From contig JAPEUI010000023.1 in NCBI GenBank assembly GCA_026025075.1, positions 124,001-188,000 of the forward strand: a stretch of DNA of 64,000 nt, read 5' to 3'. The stretch comes from Vezdaea acicularis. Lineage: Eukaryota. The notes beneath the pieces were generated by a model. The model saw only the letters and a list, made by a program, of their open reading frames with translations, was not told the origin of the DNA and made no database searches. Below, piece by piece: positions 48,576 through 61,125 of the stretch; the stretch's first letter is position 1; each line of letters opens with the position of its first letter. Made by a program: the position numbers and the translations under genes.

Positions 48576-49862
48576 ATGGCGGTATCAAGGGATCAAGGCC
48601 ACTTTTTCCAGACTTCGTAAGCTGCCACGGCTTTTGGCTTCTAGCAAATCTAATATGCCTATCATCCAAACAGTTCGGCTCTAGACGAGATCACCCGCAG
48701 GGAGAAAAAATCCAAAAATACCCATGGGAACCCTATCGATCTTTCCGCTAAACTTTCCGCTTTAATTCGAGACCCACATAATGATTCCGCCGTCTATGTC
48801 TCTACAGGCTCAGGTGAACTCCGACATGTTGATATTGATGTAGGTGAGAGATATCCCACGACATTCACAATATCAAGATGTATAAATCTAATTGGAGTCG
48901 AATAGACGGGCCACATAGGCAAGCCGTACATTGGATCCAAAGGCCCGTTGACAAGCATCGCTATTTCCCAGCATAATCTATTCGGTGGTAGCTGGGATAA
49001 GAACATATACAGTTGGCGCCTGGACCAAAGAAACCCGCACAATATACTTATAGGGCATAGAGATTTCGTCAAAGCGCTCCTTCTAATCAGCCGTAGTTCT
49101 TCTACCATCCTCATATCTGGCTCCGCCGATGGAACCATAATGATCTGGGACGGCCAGACTGGCTCAAGGCTTCATGTCCTCAAAACGGAGGGGCGCGGCA
49201 TATTGTCATTGGCTCTCGATCCCATAGCCAGCGACACTGTAGGTTATCAAGCGGCTGCTACCTCAATAACATTCTTTAGCGGCAGTTCAGACCGCGTAAT
49301 ACAACCTTGGACTCTTCACGCCGAAGATGGGTGGAAGAACGACTCTGTAAATCCTCAAACTCCAATCATCCGCCATGAGACAGGCATCGAAGCCTTGGTA
49401 TTTGATGACGATGGAGACCTGTGGACCGCTTCGTTCGACAAAACAGCCAAGTGTCTCAATCGAGAGAGGGACTGGGCCTGCGATACGGAGCTAGTACATC
49501 CGGATTACGTACGGGCAATCTGCATTGACGAGGAGGGCGGCTACGTCGCAACTGCTTGCAGAGACGAGGAGGTCAGGCTTTGGGACAAGAGCTCTGGTGA
49601 ACTTATCCACATCTTCTCAGGTCACTATGATGAGGTCGTTGCCCTTGTCTTTCTCGACCGCCTCCGACTTATTGTTAGTGCAAGCATTGATGGGACGGTT
49701 CGAACATGGTCAACCCATCCTCAGGACATTGAGAAGGCGAAATTAGAAGTCCTGGAAGCAAATGACCCAGATAGAGGCGAGATAGTCGAGACTCTAAATG
49801 CAGGGGCGATCCTGAGCGTTGAGGAGGAAAAGGAGCTAGAGGATCTAATGGCAGATGACTGA
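48576..49862 (+). CDS. WD40-repeat protein
   Basis: MAVSRDQGHFFQTS|SALDEITRREKKSKN..; GHRDFVKAL, SGSADGTIMIWD, GHYDEV, SASIDGTVRTW. Two introns. Confidence 0.9.
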
Positions 49863-50691
49863 ATATGAACCACCTTATAGCACACAGGGAGATTTAGTAT
49901 GACATGTCCAAACATTTGAGGCGCTGGCTTCGGCTGGAAGGAGAAATTCCTTGAAGTGCGAGGTTTCATTGTCTTCCACAGAGAATATGCCCTGATTAGG
50001 AAATTTTATGGCGAACGGAAAAATGCTTCTCCGCTTCCGCTCGCTCGCATGGAAAAGTGTGGGGAAAGGTCCGGCACATCAACAATGACATAAGGGTGGC
50101 AAGCGACAGCTTCCGTAGCTTTACCCCTCCCACAATGCCCATAGATCTGAATTTACTCGTTCCCTATCGGTAGCGGGGATTTTAAGCGCGGTTCAAGGCC
50201 CGTGTATCCTCCTATAGAGACATCAGTCTCAGATGAGCTCTTGGGCTCTTGAGCTCCAGCTTGGGCATTCCGGTTCTGCCTGAAATATTATGGAAGGTGT
50301 GTTACAGATCTAGTTTCTGCAATTTGACTTTGTCTTCAAAAACACTGCAATTCCTCGTGCTTTTGAACAAGATGCACGGCATCTAAATCCATTGCCGAAG
50401 GGTCACATGCAATAGGAGGTCATGTGGCAAATGGCGGGGAAGATCGGCTCATGGGGGCTATATGTCTTGACTCCCATCTGCAGCTTCAAAAGAAACGTAA
50501 AGGCTCACTTTTTGAACCCTAGCGCTCTAAGGCGAACCTCATCGATGCCAAAATACTGTCTTCACGACTGCCACTATTTCTACCGCAGCGCTTTGCGCCA
50601 TCTTAACATTAGCACATCAGTGTGCCCGCTTTATGCCTAGAGGGTTCAGTCACTCTTGCACGTTAATTAATCATTGTTTATAGGCTAGAGG

Positions 50692-53279
50692 ATGGCACAC
50701 GGTGTGACCGACACTCTGGCTGCGGCCAACAGCGAAGATGGTACCGTTCAAAAGGGCACGAATGATCCCCAACGCTCTGCCGAAGCTGCTAAGGAATCCA
50801 CAAAAGCCCTCTCCGAAGCTCAGAAAGACCCATTGACGAACGGCAAATCGCACCAAAAAGCTGGCGTCACGTTTGCTGCTCAGGACAAGCTTCCGAAACT
50901 TCCAATCCCTGATCTCGATAGTTCCTGCAAGAAATATCTCGAAGCATTGGAGCCGCTGCAGACAAACGGCGAGCACGAAGATACGGTAAACTCAGTGAAC
51001 GAGTTTCTCAAGGGAGAGGGCCCAGAACTACAAGATAAACTGAAGAAATATGCTACAGATAAGTCTAGCTATATCGAACAGTTCTGTGTGTCCTTGGGTC
51101 TTGGAGTCGTAATATGATATGGGCTAAATCCTTGTCTTAGGGTATGACTCGTACTTGAACTACGATGAATCTGTTGTGCTTAACTTGAATCCGTTCTTCC
51201 TTCTCGAGGATGATCCGACTCCGGCTCGTAATAACCAAGTTACTCGCGCCGCATCCCTGGTCATATCTGCCCTTTCATTCGTCCGAGCAGTCCGCAGGGA
51301 AGAGCTTCCGCCTGACACCATACGCGGGGCCCCTCTCTGCATGTTTCAATACTCCCGTATTTTTGGCACTGCTCGCATTCCCACTGATCATGGATGCCAA
51401 ATCGGGCAAGATGATGGCGCGAAGCATATGGTGGTCTTGTGCAGGGGACAGTTCTACTGGTTCGACGTGCTGGACGACAATTCCGACTTGATCATGACAG
51501 AAAAGGACCTTGCCGTCAACCTTCAGGTCGTGGTAGATGACGCGGCGCAAACACCTATCCATGAAGCAGCTAAAGGTGCTCTCGGTGTTCTTTCCACGGA
51601 GAATCGCAAAACTTGGGCTGGGCTGAGAGACGTCTTGACACAGGAGAAAGGATCAAATAACGCCGAGTGCCTTGGAATCGTTGACTCGGCGTTGTTCATT
51701 CTGTGTCTGGACTATACTTCCCCATCGCCGGGGGCGGACCTTTGCATGAACATGCTTTGCGGCAGCAGCGAAGTAGTCAAAGGAGTTCAAGTTGGCACCT
51801 GTACAAACCGTTGGTACGACAAACTACAAATAATAGTCTGCGAGAACGGCTCCGCTGGAATCAACTTTGAGCACACGGGCGTCGATGGGCATACAGTCCT
51901 GCGAATGACCAGCGACGTGTACACCGATACCATCCTGCGTTTTGCAAAGACGATCAACGGGCAAGCCCCTTCTCTGTGGGCATCCACTTCACCCGACCCC
52001 TCGAAGCGCGACCCCGAGAGCTTTGGCGACGTGAGCACCACCCCCCACAAGCTCGAGTGGGACATGCAGCCCGAGCTACAGACGGCCCTACGTTTCGCCG
52101 AGACCCGGCTCGCAGACCTAATCCAGCAGAACGAATTCGCCACTCTGGATTTCGGCGGATACGGCAAGAACTTCATGACCAGCATGGGCTTCTCGCCCGA
52201 TGCGTTCGTGCAGATGGCCTTCCAAGCCGCGTATTACGGGCTCTACGGCCGCGTCGAATGTGTGTATGAACCCGCCATGACGAAGATCTTCCTGCACGGC
52301 CGCACGGAAGCCATCCGCGCCGTGACCAACGAGTCCGTCGACTTCGTCAAGACGTTCTGGGGCGAGAACCCGCCGGCGCAAAAGGTCGAGAAGCTGAAAA
52401 AAGCGTGCTTGAATCACACCCGCATCACGAAAGAGTGTAGTAAGGCCCAAGGCCAGGATCGGCATCTCTACGCTCTCTACTGCGTCTGGCAGCGCGTGAT
52501 GGACGGCCGCATCCCCGACGATGCCGAACAGAGCCCTCCCAATGGCGGCGCTTCAAGATCAGATACCGAGCCGGAGAAAGCCTCACACGAACGCTCCACC
52601 TCCAGCACCTCCGATGAGCGCGCCGCGAAACCCAAGAAAAAGCCAGACCAAGCATCAGTGATGCCCCTCATCTTCGCGGACGCGGGCTGGGCTCGCCTGA
52701 ACAACACCATCCTCTCGACGTCCAACTGCGGCAACCCGTCCCTGCGCCAATTCGGCTTCGGCCCCACCTCCCCCGACGGCTTCGGCATCGGCTACATCAT
52801 CAAAGACGACAGCGTCAGCATCTGCGCCAGCAGCAAACATCGCCAGACCAAGCGCTTTGTCGATGCCATCGAGGCGTATTTCAGTGAGATCAGGAGACTG
52901 CTCAAGATGACGACGAAGGGGAGTAGGCTTAAGAGTAGTCGCGCGAGGGAAGTGGAGACGCAGCGGTTGGGCAGGAGAGTAGGCGGGGAGAAGGAGAGGG
53001 TGCAGGAGAGTGAGGAGAGTGAGGAGGAAGAGGATGATGGGCTTGGTGGTTGTAAGTTCTCTTTCACTTTCTCTCTCTCTTGCTGTTCACGAACCGTATA
53101 TCGTGTAGTGGTGATCTGAGGGAGCTGACTTTTATCAAATCGTAGATGGCTTCTTCGATACCGGAACCCTTCGCGCCGCCCTCAAGTCCGGCGAGGACGC
53201 GAAGCAGAAACCTAGCGAGCGAGCGGCTGTTAATGCGCGGAGGCAAGTGGGGAAGAAGCTCCGTCTCGACGAGTACTGA
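50692..53279 (+). CDS. facC: Carnitine O-acetyltransferase (cytosolic FacC/Yat1 type)
   Basis: LPKLPIPDL, NRWYDKLQIIV, catalytic NFEHTGVDG, SPDAFVQMAFQ, HGRTEAIR, STSNCG..FGFGP..PDGFGIGY; C-terminus GKKLRLDEY*. Two introns. Confidence 0.93.
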
Positions 53280-53533
53280 GGAAAGGGGGGTTTTGATTCG
53301 CGGGCTAGTCACGTGGAGGAATGGGGGGAAAGGGGGGCCAGATATGATATGTATGATTGTATGTATGTATGTGACGATGTGACTATATTTGGGGATGCCG
53401 TCCGCTTGTCCCCGTGGGGTGTTTATCCTGAACGCCTCTTACAGTAAATAGAGAAATTCCCGCTTATTCATTTGCACGTCCGCCTCGCGCTCAACCTTTG
53501 CTCCCGGCCTCCCCGTCCCCCACTCCTCCCACC

Positions 53534-55081
53534 TCACAAACTCGCCTTACCCCGCGGCTCAAACGGGAGAATGATAGCCAAAAGGCCGGCGGCGATGAAC
53601 AGGGCGCCGCTGACGTAGACGGGGGCGGCGGAGTTGAGATTGGCGTAGATGGCGATAATAGGGGCCATGATGCCGAAGATGCGATTGGCCATGGCGGTGA
53701 GGGCGTTGCCGGTGCCGCGGTCCTTGGTGGGGAAGATCTCGGGGGTGTAGGCGTAGAGGACGGCATACATGATATTGCTCATGAAGTTATAGGCGCAGTT
53801 CCAGCCGAGGAGAGAGTTGCTGGTGGTGGCGGTGGTGCTGCAGAAGAGGAAGACGCCGGTGAGGGCGGTGGAGGTGGCGAGGGCGCCTTTGCGGCCGAAG
53901 CGGGGGAGTTGGACGAGGATGCCGCCGAGGAGGGCGCCGGGGACGCCGAGGACGGCGATGATGAGTAGGTTGCGGTAGGTGAGGTAGGTGGAGGAGTCGC
54001 CGAATTTGAGGCCGCGCGTGGCTTGGATGTAGGGCAGGAAGGCGTTGTAGAGGGGGAAGCCGAGGCCGATGAAGGCCCAGATGAGCATGATGAGGGAGGT
54101 GGAGTAGGCGAGTTTGGGGGAGGCGAAGAGGGCGCGGACGTGGGTGAGGTTGATCTTTTCGAGTTTGCGGCGGAGCGCGGCGGCGGCGTCGGTGCCCTGC
54201 GCGGAGTGTCCCGCCAGGCCGTTGTGTAGCTCGAGGTCGGCGAGGGTGAGGGAGGAGACCTTGCCGTTGCGGCGGGCGACCTCGTGCACGACCTGGACGG
54301 CGTCGGCGTCGCGGCCTTTGCCCATGAGGTACTTGGGCGACTCGTACAGGGTGAAGACGACGAAGCGGAGGATGAACATGACCATGGCGAGGCCGCCCAT
54401 GGTGAGCATGAAGTAGCGCCAGCCGCGGTTGTCGTGGCGGGTGCAGACCTTGGCGCCCTCCTGGCAGGTGAAGTTGCCGAGGAGGGGCCAGGCGACGAGG
54501 GTAGCGATGACCTGGGCAAAGGCCCAGAAGATGGAGAGGACGGTGAGGAGGTACTGGTGGGAGCCGGGGAGGAATTCGAGGAAGACGGCGGAGTCGACGG
54601 GGAGGTTGCCGCCGACGCCGACGCTCCACAGAGCCGCGAAGACGCCGATGGCGGCGAAGTTGGGGCTGCCCGCCGCGATGAGGCCAAAGACGGAGGTGAC
54701 GCCGATGGTGAGGTTGAAGGCCCAGCGCCGGCCGAAGACGTCGCAGCCGAAGCCCCAGAAGACGGCGCCGACGAGGAGGCCGATGTTCTGTGAGAGCGAG
54801 AGGAGCGGCGGCTTCGTCGGGTGGAACTCGTTCGTGATGGGCGTGAGGATGAGCGAGGTCACGATCGGCCAGAGGTTGTCGCTGCCCCAGCCGAAGCCGA
54901 CCAGGACGAAGAGCTGCCATTGGTACCGGCCCATGCCGATTTGCTGGATGGCATTGTTGAGGGTGATGGCTTTGGCTTCGTAGACGGGGTCGATGGTGCC
55001 CTTGGGAATGGCGGGGGCGGGGGCGTCTTCGAGCAAGCTGGGCGCGACGACCGACTCGTCCTTCTCTTTGGCGTCCGCCAT
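53534..55081 (-). CDS. MFS transporter (SV2/sugar-porter-related)
   Basis: 515-aa ORF with about 12 hydrophobic segments, DVFGRR, GGNLPVDSAVFLEFLP, PEIFPTKDRGTG. Confidence 0.93.
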   Translation of the reverse strand: MADAKEKDESVVAPSLLEDAPAPAIPKGTIDPVYEAKAITLNNAIQQIGMGRYQWQLFVLVGFGWGSDNLWPIVTSLILTPITNEFHPTKPPLLSLSQNIGLLVGAVFWGFGCDVFGRRWAFNLTIGVTSVFGLIAAGSPNFAAIGVFAALWSVGVGGNLPVDSAVFLEFLPGSHQYLLTVLSIFWAFAQVIATLVAWPLLGNFTCQEGAKVCTRHDNRGWRYFMLTMGGLAMVMFILRFVVFTLYESPKYLMGKGRDADAVQVVHEVARRNGKVSSLTLADLELHNGLAGHSAQGTDAAAALRRKLEKINLTHVRALFASPKLAYSTSLIMLIWAFIGLGFPLYNAFLPYIQATRGLKFGDSSTYLTYRNLLIIAVLGVPGALLGGILVQLPRFGRKGALATSTALTGVFLFCSTTATTSNSLLGWNCAYNFMSNIMYAVLYAYTPEIFPTKDRGTGNALTAMANRIFGIMAPIIAIYANLNSAAPVYVSGALFIAAGLLAIILPFEPRGKASL

Positions 55082-55110
55082 GTTTTGTCCGTTTCACCAA
55101 GCCACGAGGC

Positions 55111-55205
55111 TTGTTGTTGTTGTGGTTGTTGTTGTCGTCGCTGCTGCTGCTGCTGGTGCTATTGCTGCTGCATCAATCGACGCTGCTAACGCTGCTGCTG
55201 CTGCT
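55111..55205. repeat. Compound (TTG)/(GCT) microsatellite in the MFS 5' leader
   Basis: Read directly from the sequence. Confidence 0.8.
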
Positions 55206-56059
55206 TCAATCGTCGTTGCTCGTATCAAGTCTACGACCTGAACCCTTCATCAGCCAAACACCGAAACTAGAGACTCGAGCGTCGAGGAACGTGGGTCGTA
55301 GATCTACTTTGTACCAACCCCCCTCACGCCCGTTGCGCCATCCGGTGGCCCTCGCTCGTGATGTTTAAACGAAACGACATATCCAGGGTATCATTGCATC
55401 ATTTCCGCGTCTCTTCCCCGTGTGTACTACGTAGTAGCGTGTCCCGTACCAAAAGCAAAAAAAAAGCCCCCCCCGCGGCCGTTCGCAAAAAGGCGTTCAG
55501 TAGAACAAACGGTGCGGGATCTACGCACAAAAATAAGCGTGATTGGGCCTCGCATCCCGCGATTGCGAAAATCTGATAGGGCCGTGAAAGGTGTTTTGTG
55601 GGTGGGTGGTGGGGTTGTTGCGAGATGGATTGTCGTGCAAAGAGTTGCTTATTGCCGCATGCCGATAGCTTTACGTTATCGCACCCAATCAGACATGGCG
55701 GGGGCGCCGCGGATCGGCAAGCCTTCTGCACCACCAACCCAACCACGCCAACCACCACCACCAGTTCGCGAATGGATGCCGCAGCGCCTCCGGCAGCACT
55801 TGCGCAGCGCATCGTCGGATAACCCCAACGCAAAAACCTTGTGCTCACGTGATCAGATGGGAAATCCACGTGACGGGGTGCTTTCTGTGTTGCGTTTGAA
55901 AAAAAGAGGATTTTCATGAAAATCTACCACAATATCCAACCGCCTCCCTGCCATCCTCCTTTTCCCCTCTCCGTCTCTCCATCTTCCCTCCCCTCTCATC
56001 CCCCTTCCATCCCCTCTTTCCTCCCCTCCCCGTTCCCAAAACAGCCCAAAACCCACACT

Positions 56060-59000
56060 CTACCTTGGCACCAAAACCCCCACCTCCCTCTCCTCCACCC
56101 TCGGCAGGGCCTCCCGCAACTTCTCCAACCTGAGCCTCTCCTCCGCCACCAAGTCCAACTTGCGACAAACACCTCTAGGTTCGCAGAGCCAGATACCCTT
56201 CTCTTTGCCCCCCTGCGGGTGGAGCTGGGATAGCCACTGTGCGTCTTCATCTTGTTCTGTCTGCTTACTCGCGCTGGGGGCTTCGCTGGATGCTTCGCTG
56301 GATGCTTCAGCAGCACGAGAAGAAATCCACACCAACGTCTCCCCCACGCGAACACCCGCGCGCCACCGAGCGATCCAGTCAACAACCAATGGATCGCGGC
56401 CGCGGGCGAGGTATGCGTATCCCGCGATTTTAGACGAAGGAGAGAGAGTAGGCGCGCTCATGGACGAAACGACGATACCTTCCATGCACCCCGGAAAGAG
56501 GCCGGGGTGTTGGGCGATCTCGACTTCGAAGGCGGCGAGGGTTGAGAGGGCGAGGGTTGTGTATGTTGCTGCTGGCGGGGCTTGGGCAGCTGTGCCGGTG
56601 TTGGTGTGGATAGCTTCGTTGTTGCTGCTTTTGCTGCTGGTGCTGGATGGAGAAGCGGAGGAGTGCCCGAGGAGGTTCGACAAGCGGAATAAGTTTAGGA
56701 CGGAGAGGGCGTTGGGAGAGGGTTCGGTGGTGTCCATGCCTGGTTTCAGGCGGAGGAGGGAGAGGAGTTGAGGCGTGTGTGTTTGGAGGTGGGGGGAGGT
56801 GGAGTAGTAGCCGCCGCTGCTGGGGGCGGGGTGGGAGGGAAGGGGGGAGGTGGGATGGAAGGGGTCGATGAAGGGGGAGGAGGGCGCGCCGCCGGTAAGT
56901 GGTTGTGAGGAGGGGGCGAGGAAGTAGTTGTTTTGGAGGTCTGGATGGGGGGGATGGTTAGTTTGTGGAACGTTGGGTAGGGGACGTAAAGAGGAAAGGG
57001 GAAGCCGAAGAACAGACTTGCTCCACGAGAAAGGGCAAAGAAAGTAGCGGGGGAGAAAATTTCCCCAAACGATTGAACAACGAAAAAGGGATAAATAAGA
57101 CAGAGCACCCACCCATCAACTCGCCCGCCCAGCGCAACCACTCCGCCTCAGCCGTCGCATGATACAGCTCGATACAGCCATGCACCACCGCCGCATAATC
57201 ATCCAAAAAGCCCTCCGTCTCGCCGAGCTTGCCCCCCTGCCACACGCGATAGAGGATCTTCCTGTCAGGACTCCACATCTCCGTCTTCAGGAACCTTGCG
57301 GCGCCCTTCGCCGCCTTGATCCAGGCCCGGCTTTTGTCCTCATCAACACCCTTCAACGCGCCGCCCGCGCGCGCGAGCGAGGCGATCGCGAGCCCGTTCC
57401 ACGCCGCGACGACCTTGTCGTCCAAGCCGGGCAAGGGACGATTGCGGGCGCGCCAGTCGCGGATGGCGTGGCGGGCGGCGCGTAGCGTGGCGACGATGTC
57501 TTTCTCGTCGATGCCGAGGTCCTTGGCGAGGTGGGAGGGCGTGCGTACGATGTGCAGCACGTTCTGCGAGAGGAGGTCGTCGTGCGGGTCGTGCTCGGAG
57601 GGGATATTTCCGTTTGGAGAGATGTTGTAGAAGGTGCTGACGACTTCGAGGGCGGAGGAGGACGAGAGCGGGATGGCAGGGGGAGGAGAGTTTGGTGGGG
57701 GCGGAGGGGCGGAGGAGAGGATCGTAGAGAGGGTCTTGTAGGTTAGCACGTAGAAGGCGCCTTCGCGCTTGAGGTCGTCCGTGGGTGTGGGGAGCGAGTC
57801 GGCGTCCTCGCTCGAGTAGAATGCGCCTTCAGGGGAATGGAGGCGGGATGTGAGGAGGTAGCTGGCGGTAGAGTAGACGGCGCCGAGCATTTCAGGGTCG
57901 CCGCCGAGGAGGAACGCGTCCAGGTAGCATCCCAACAGCTGCGCGTTGTCGACGAGCATCTTCTCAAAGTGCGGGAGCGCCCAGTCAGCCGTGACGCTGT
58001 ACCGGTGGAAACCGCCCCCTATGTGATCGTGAATGCCGCCGCGCGCCATCGCACGAAGCGTATGCGTCGCCATAGCGAGCGCATTTGCAACTTCGGTGGG
58101 CCCGACAATGTCGTGTGCGGCGGCGGGGAAGGCGGAGAGGCGCAGGAGAAAAGACAGGTTGGGCGGCGTGGGGAATTTAGGGGCGAGGCTGAAGCCGCCG
58201 TGCTCGCTGTCGAAACGTGTGCTAAAGTGCTGGTATGCCTCTTCGAGGAGGTCGAGCTCGAGTACTTCTTCACCGCTGTGGCCATTGCCATTGCCGTCCC
58301 AGCGGTCTGCACCACCCAGCGTCCCTTCTTCGGCGAAGCTGCGCAGCTGGTCCAGAATCTCCTTTGCGGATTGTCTGCATCGACCTTCCTGTTCTATCCA
58401 CACATCGCGTATTTTCTTGAGCACGTCCAAGAAACCCACTTGTTCGCCCACGGCGCCGACAAGCGTGTGCGGCATGTTGCTATTCGGCCCCGGCCAGTAC
58501 GTACCGCCAAACACAGGCTCGAGGTCGGGGGTGACGAAGACATTGAGAGGCCAGCCGCCGGTGCCCGTCGTGGCTTGGACGTAGTTCATGTAGATCCTGT
58601 CGACGTCGGGGCGCTCTTCGCGGTCGACCTTGATGGGGATGAAGTGGTTGTTGAGGAGAGAAGCGATCGAGGCGTCGTTGAAGGATTCACGCTCCATGAC
58701 ATGACACCCTGAGACAGCATCGTCAGACGGCAAGCTCAGTATAAAAAGGAAGGAAAAGTGAATTTGTATTCTCATTCGTACAGTGGCATGCTGCGTAGCC
58801 GATACTAAGGAAGATCAGGCGGTTGTGCTTCTTGGCCAGCGATATGGCTTCGTCCCCCCACATCTGCCATGCCACCGGGTTGTTCATATGCCCCCGTACC
58901 TACGATCATGAGCGATCAGCAAATATTCTATAATCCAAGGGTCTCCATGAGTGACTTACATAGGGACTGCGACTCTCCGCTAGCTTGTTCGTCAGGTGAA

Positions 59001-59064
59001 GCTTCTTCGACGTTGCCGCCGCGCCATCCCCGCGGCCCCCTCTGTGCGGCGTGATGCTCGCCAT
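56060..59064 (-). CDS. SPATA20/YyaL (DUF255 thioredoxin-like + six-hairpin glycosidase-like) protein
   Basis: [84 protein letters not shown]. Three introns. Confidence 0.93.
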
Positions 59065-59973
59065 GCGGTTCAGATCACGATCAGGCCGGCGTCGTTGGCG
59101 AAGTAAAGCGTAACGAGGCTCGAAGGCGCTACGTCGTGGAATGACGCGAGGCTTAATCTCTACGTTGGAGGGGAGGTTCACGATGAGCAGCAGAGCCATC
59201 CCACAACGGGAATAGGGCGCTTCAAGTGGGGAGTGGGGTGCGCACGGGGGGAAATAAGGCTTAGGCTCGTCTAAGAATATCAACCTTGTCATGCAGGCAG
59301 AACCTCAAAAGACCGGTCATCACAAAATATCAGATCGAACGACATCGCAATTTCATGTATTCCAATTTCATGTGCTAAAGAGTGTGTATTGCGTCTCGAG
59401 GATGACCTAGTGCCATCCCCCGACCGTAACCCGAACGATTCAATGTCAAGCCTCAGACCCATTCGAAGCTGAAGCCATCTCAGATATACTGATCGTACCC
59501 TTATCGTACGTCATACAAAACGCCATAGGCACTACGCTCGCTTTGCGTGGCCCTTGGGGGGGTATCAGAGTGGAGTGAGGAAAAAAACGGAGTAGCCGAT
59601 CCAATGCACACCATGTACCGTGGCCGGTATCAGTATCCAGTCTCTGTATGAAAAACGCCTGTTCCCCTTGCCCCTTGCCACCGTAACCCCAACCGGCCCG
59701 TACCCACTGCGAATGCTTTACTGTAAGCCGAACGGCCGAAAAGAGACCGTGATATGCATGCAAAGACCATCATCCGGTGATGGCTGCGAAAGACGTCCAA
59801 AAACATCCAATCCAAACAAAAAAACAAAACGCCAGCAGTCGTGGTTGTGCTCGTGAATCTGATCTTAATATCAGAAAAAAAATTCGTCAATTTGTGAATA
59901 TCAATGGCCGTTATGAGTAATGAGTCGTATGAGTCATGTAGAGTAACAAGACGATTAGGTGGCGAAAGGTGAT

Positions 59974-61125
59974 TCAGACAATGTGCTGCCGAAAGTATTC
60001 CGCTCGAAACCAGCCGACCTTCTCGTACGCGGTCCATAGCTTGCTCGCCTTGTTGACATCAATCTTGCAGGCCTGTTGACTGTCCGTCTTCCGGAATTCC
60101 TTGCCGATCCGAAGAGCGTCGAGACGGGCTTGGAAGATGCGCCGTTTGCTGCATAGGTAGGTGGCGCAGGAAAGGCGGAGCGTTGCGGCGAGTTTCACCT
60201 CCGCCTCGTGAAGTAAATGTCGGTGAGGGTCGTTTGAAAGATCGAGCATTTGGCCTCGCCAGTCTGCCTTGAGCGCGTTGGAGTTGTTGGGCAGTGTCGA
60301 GAGCGGAGGGCAGTAGTCCGGAAGGGCATCGAAATCGGTATCCTCACGGCTGGCACCAATGATCCGAGGCCCCGCTTGTCTCGCGGGCGTCTTGACACTG
60401 GTGAATGAATCGTAGACTTTTGAGCGAGGCGTGGCGCGCGGCGATCGAACATTGCGACTACGAGGCGTACTGATCTTCTTGACTCCGTTCGGTGGCGCTG
60501 GGGCAATGGCGACGAGCTTGTTGTTCCGTACCCGCCTCATGCCCGGATATCGCTCTTGTAGAATCCGGCTCTCCTCCCTGTACCAAGCGTGTGGGTCCTT
60601 ATTATACCGTTGTAGGACATCGGACCTGCACACCAGAGCCAAGAGGTATTCCTGCTTCGTCGGCCGCCTCGCGGATGTCGACAAGAAATTGATCGACGAA
60701 TTGGCAATGTGATTTTCGACAATGGCGTCAAGCTTCGGATCGATGACTTCGGTCGGCGGGAAGAGAGGCTCGTCAAGAGGAATTGCCGTCTCCGAGTCGG
60801 TCTGGGAGAACAACGGAGGATCGCGAGGGGCATTGCTCTGCGATGAGACTGGCCGCCCCTCCGACTTTCGAGTTGAAGCACCCCATGGTGAAATTGGAGG
60901 TGAAGGTAGTGCCTCTCTCGACCGAGATTGATTGCTTCGAATGGGTGGCAAAGTGTTGTGCGACATGATGGAATCCGTCTGCGAATCCGCGCCACCGACC
61001 ATTGCGAGGTCAATTGATTCAATAAAGCTATCGAAAGATTTTGCTTCCGGTGGAGAGATGAGAATTGAGATGCCAGGCAGTCGGTCCTGGTATTGAGGAT
61101 CAAGTGCCGGACCCATTGTCAGCAT
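59974..61125 (-). CDS. SWIRM-domain protein (Fun19-like)
   Basis: LSNDPHRHLLHEAEVKLAATLRL....YLCSKRRIF...FRKTDSQQACKIDVNKASKLW..YEKVGW. Confidence 0.9.
   Translation of the reverse strand: MLTMGPALDPQYQDRLPGISILISPPEAKSFDSFIESIDLAMVGGADSQTDSIMSHNTLPPIRSNQSRSREALPSPPISPWGASTRKSEGRPVSSQSNAPRDPPLFSQTDSETAIPLDEPLFPPTEVIDPKLDAIVENHIANSSINFLSTSARRPTKQEYLLALVCRSDVLQRYNKDPHAWYREESRILQERYPGMRRVRNNKLVAIAPAPPNGVKKISTPRSRNVRSPRATPRSKVYDSFTSVKTPARQAGPRIIGASREDTDFDALPDYCPPLSTLPNNSNALKADWRGQMLDLSNDPHRHLLHEAEVKLAATLRLSCATYLCSKRRIFQARLDALRIGKEFRKTDSQQACKIDVNKASKLWTAYEKVGWFRAEYFRQHIV

Noticed and set aside
8986..53279. Acyl-CoA synthetase, ACBP-like gene and carnitine acetyltransferase as a lipid gene cluster
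   Set aside because: Spread over 44 kb with many unrelated housekeeping genes in between.
53498..55189. Long overlapping alternative-frame and antisense ORFs (437, 302, 184 aa) over the MFS gene
   Set aside because: Explained by extreme C-ending codon bias removing stop codons; the translations are low-complexity.
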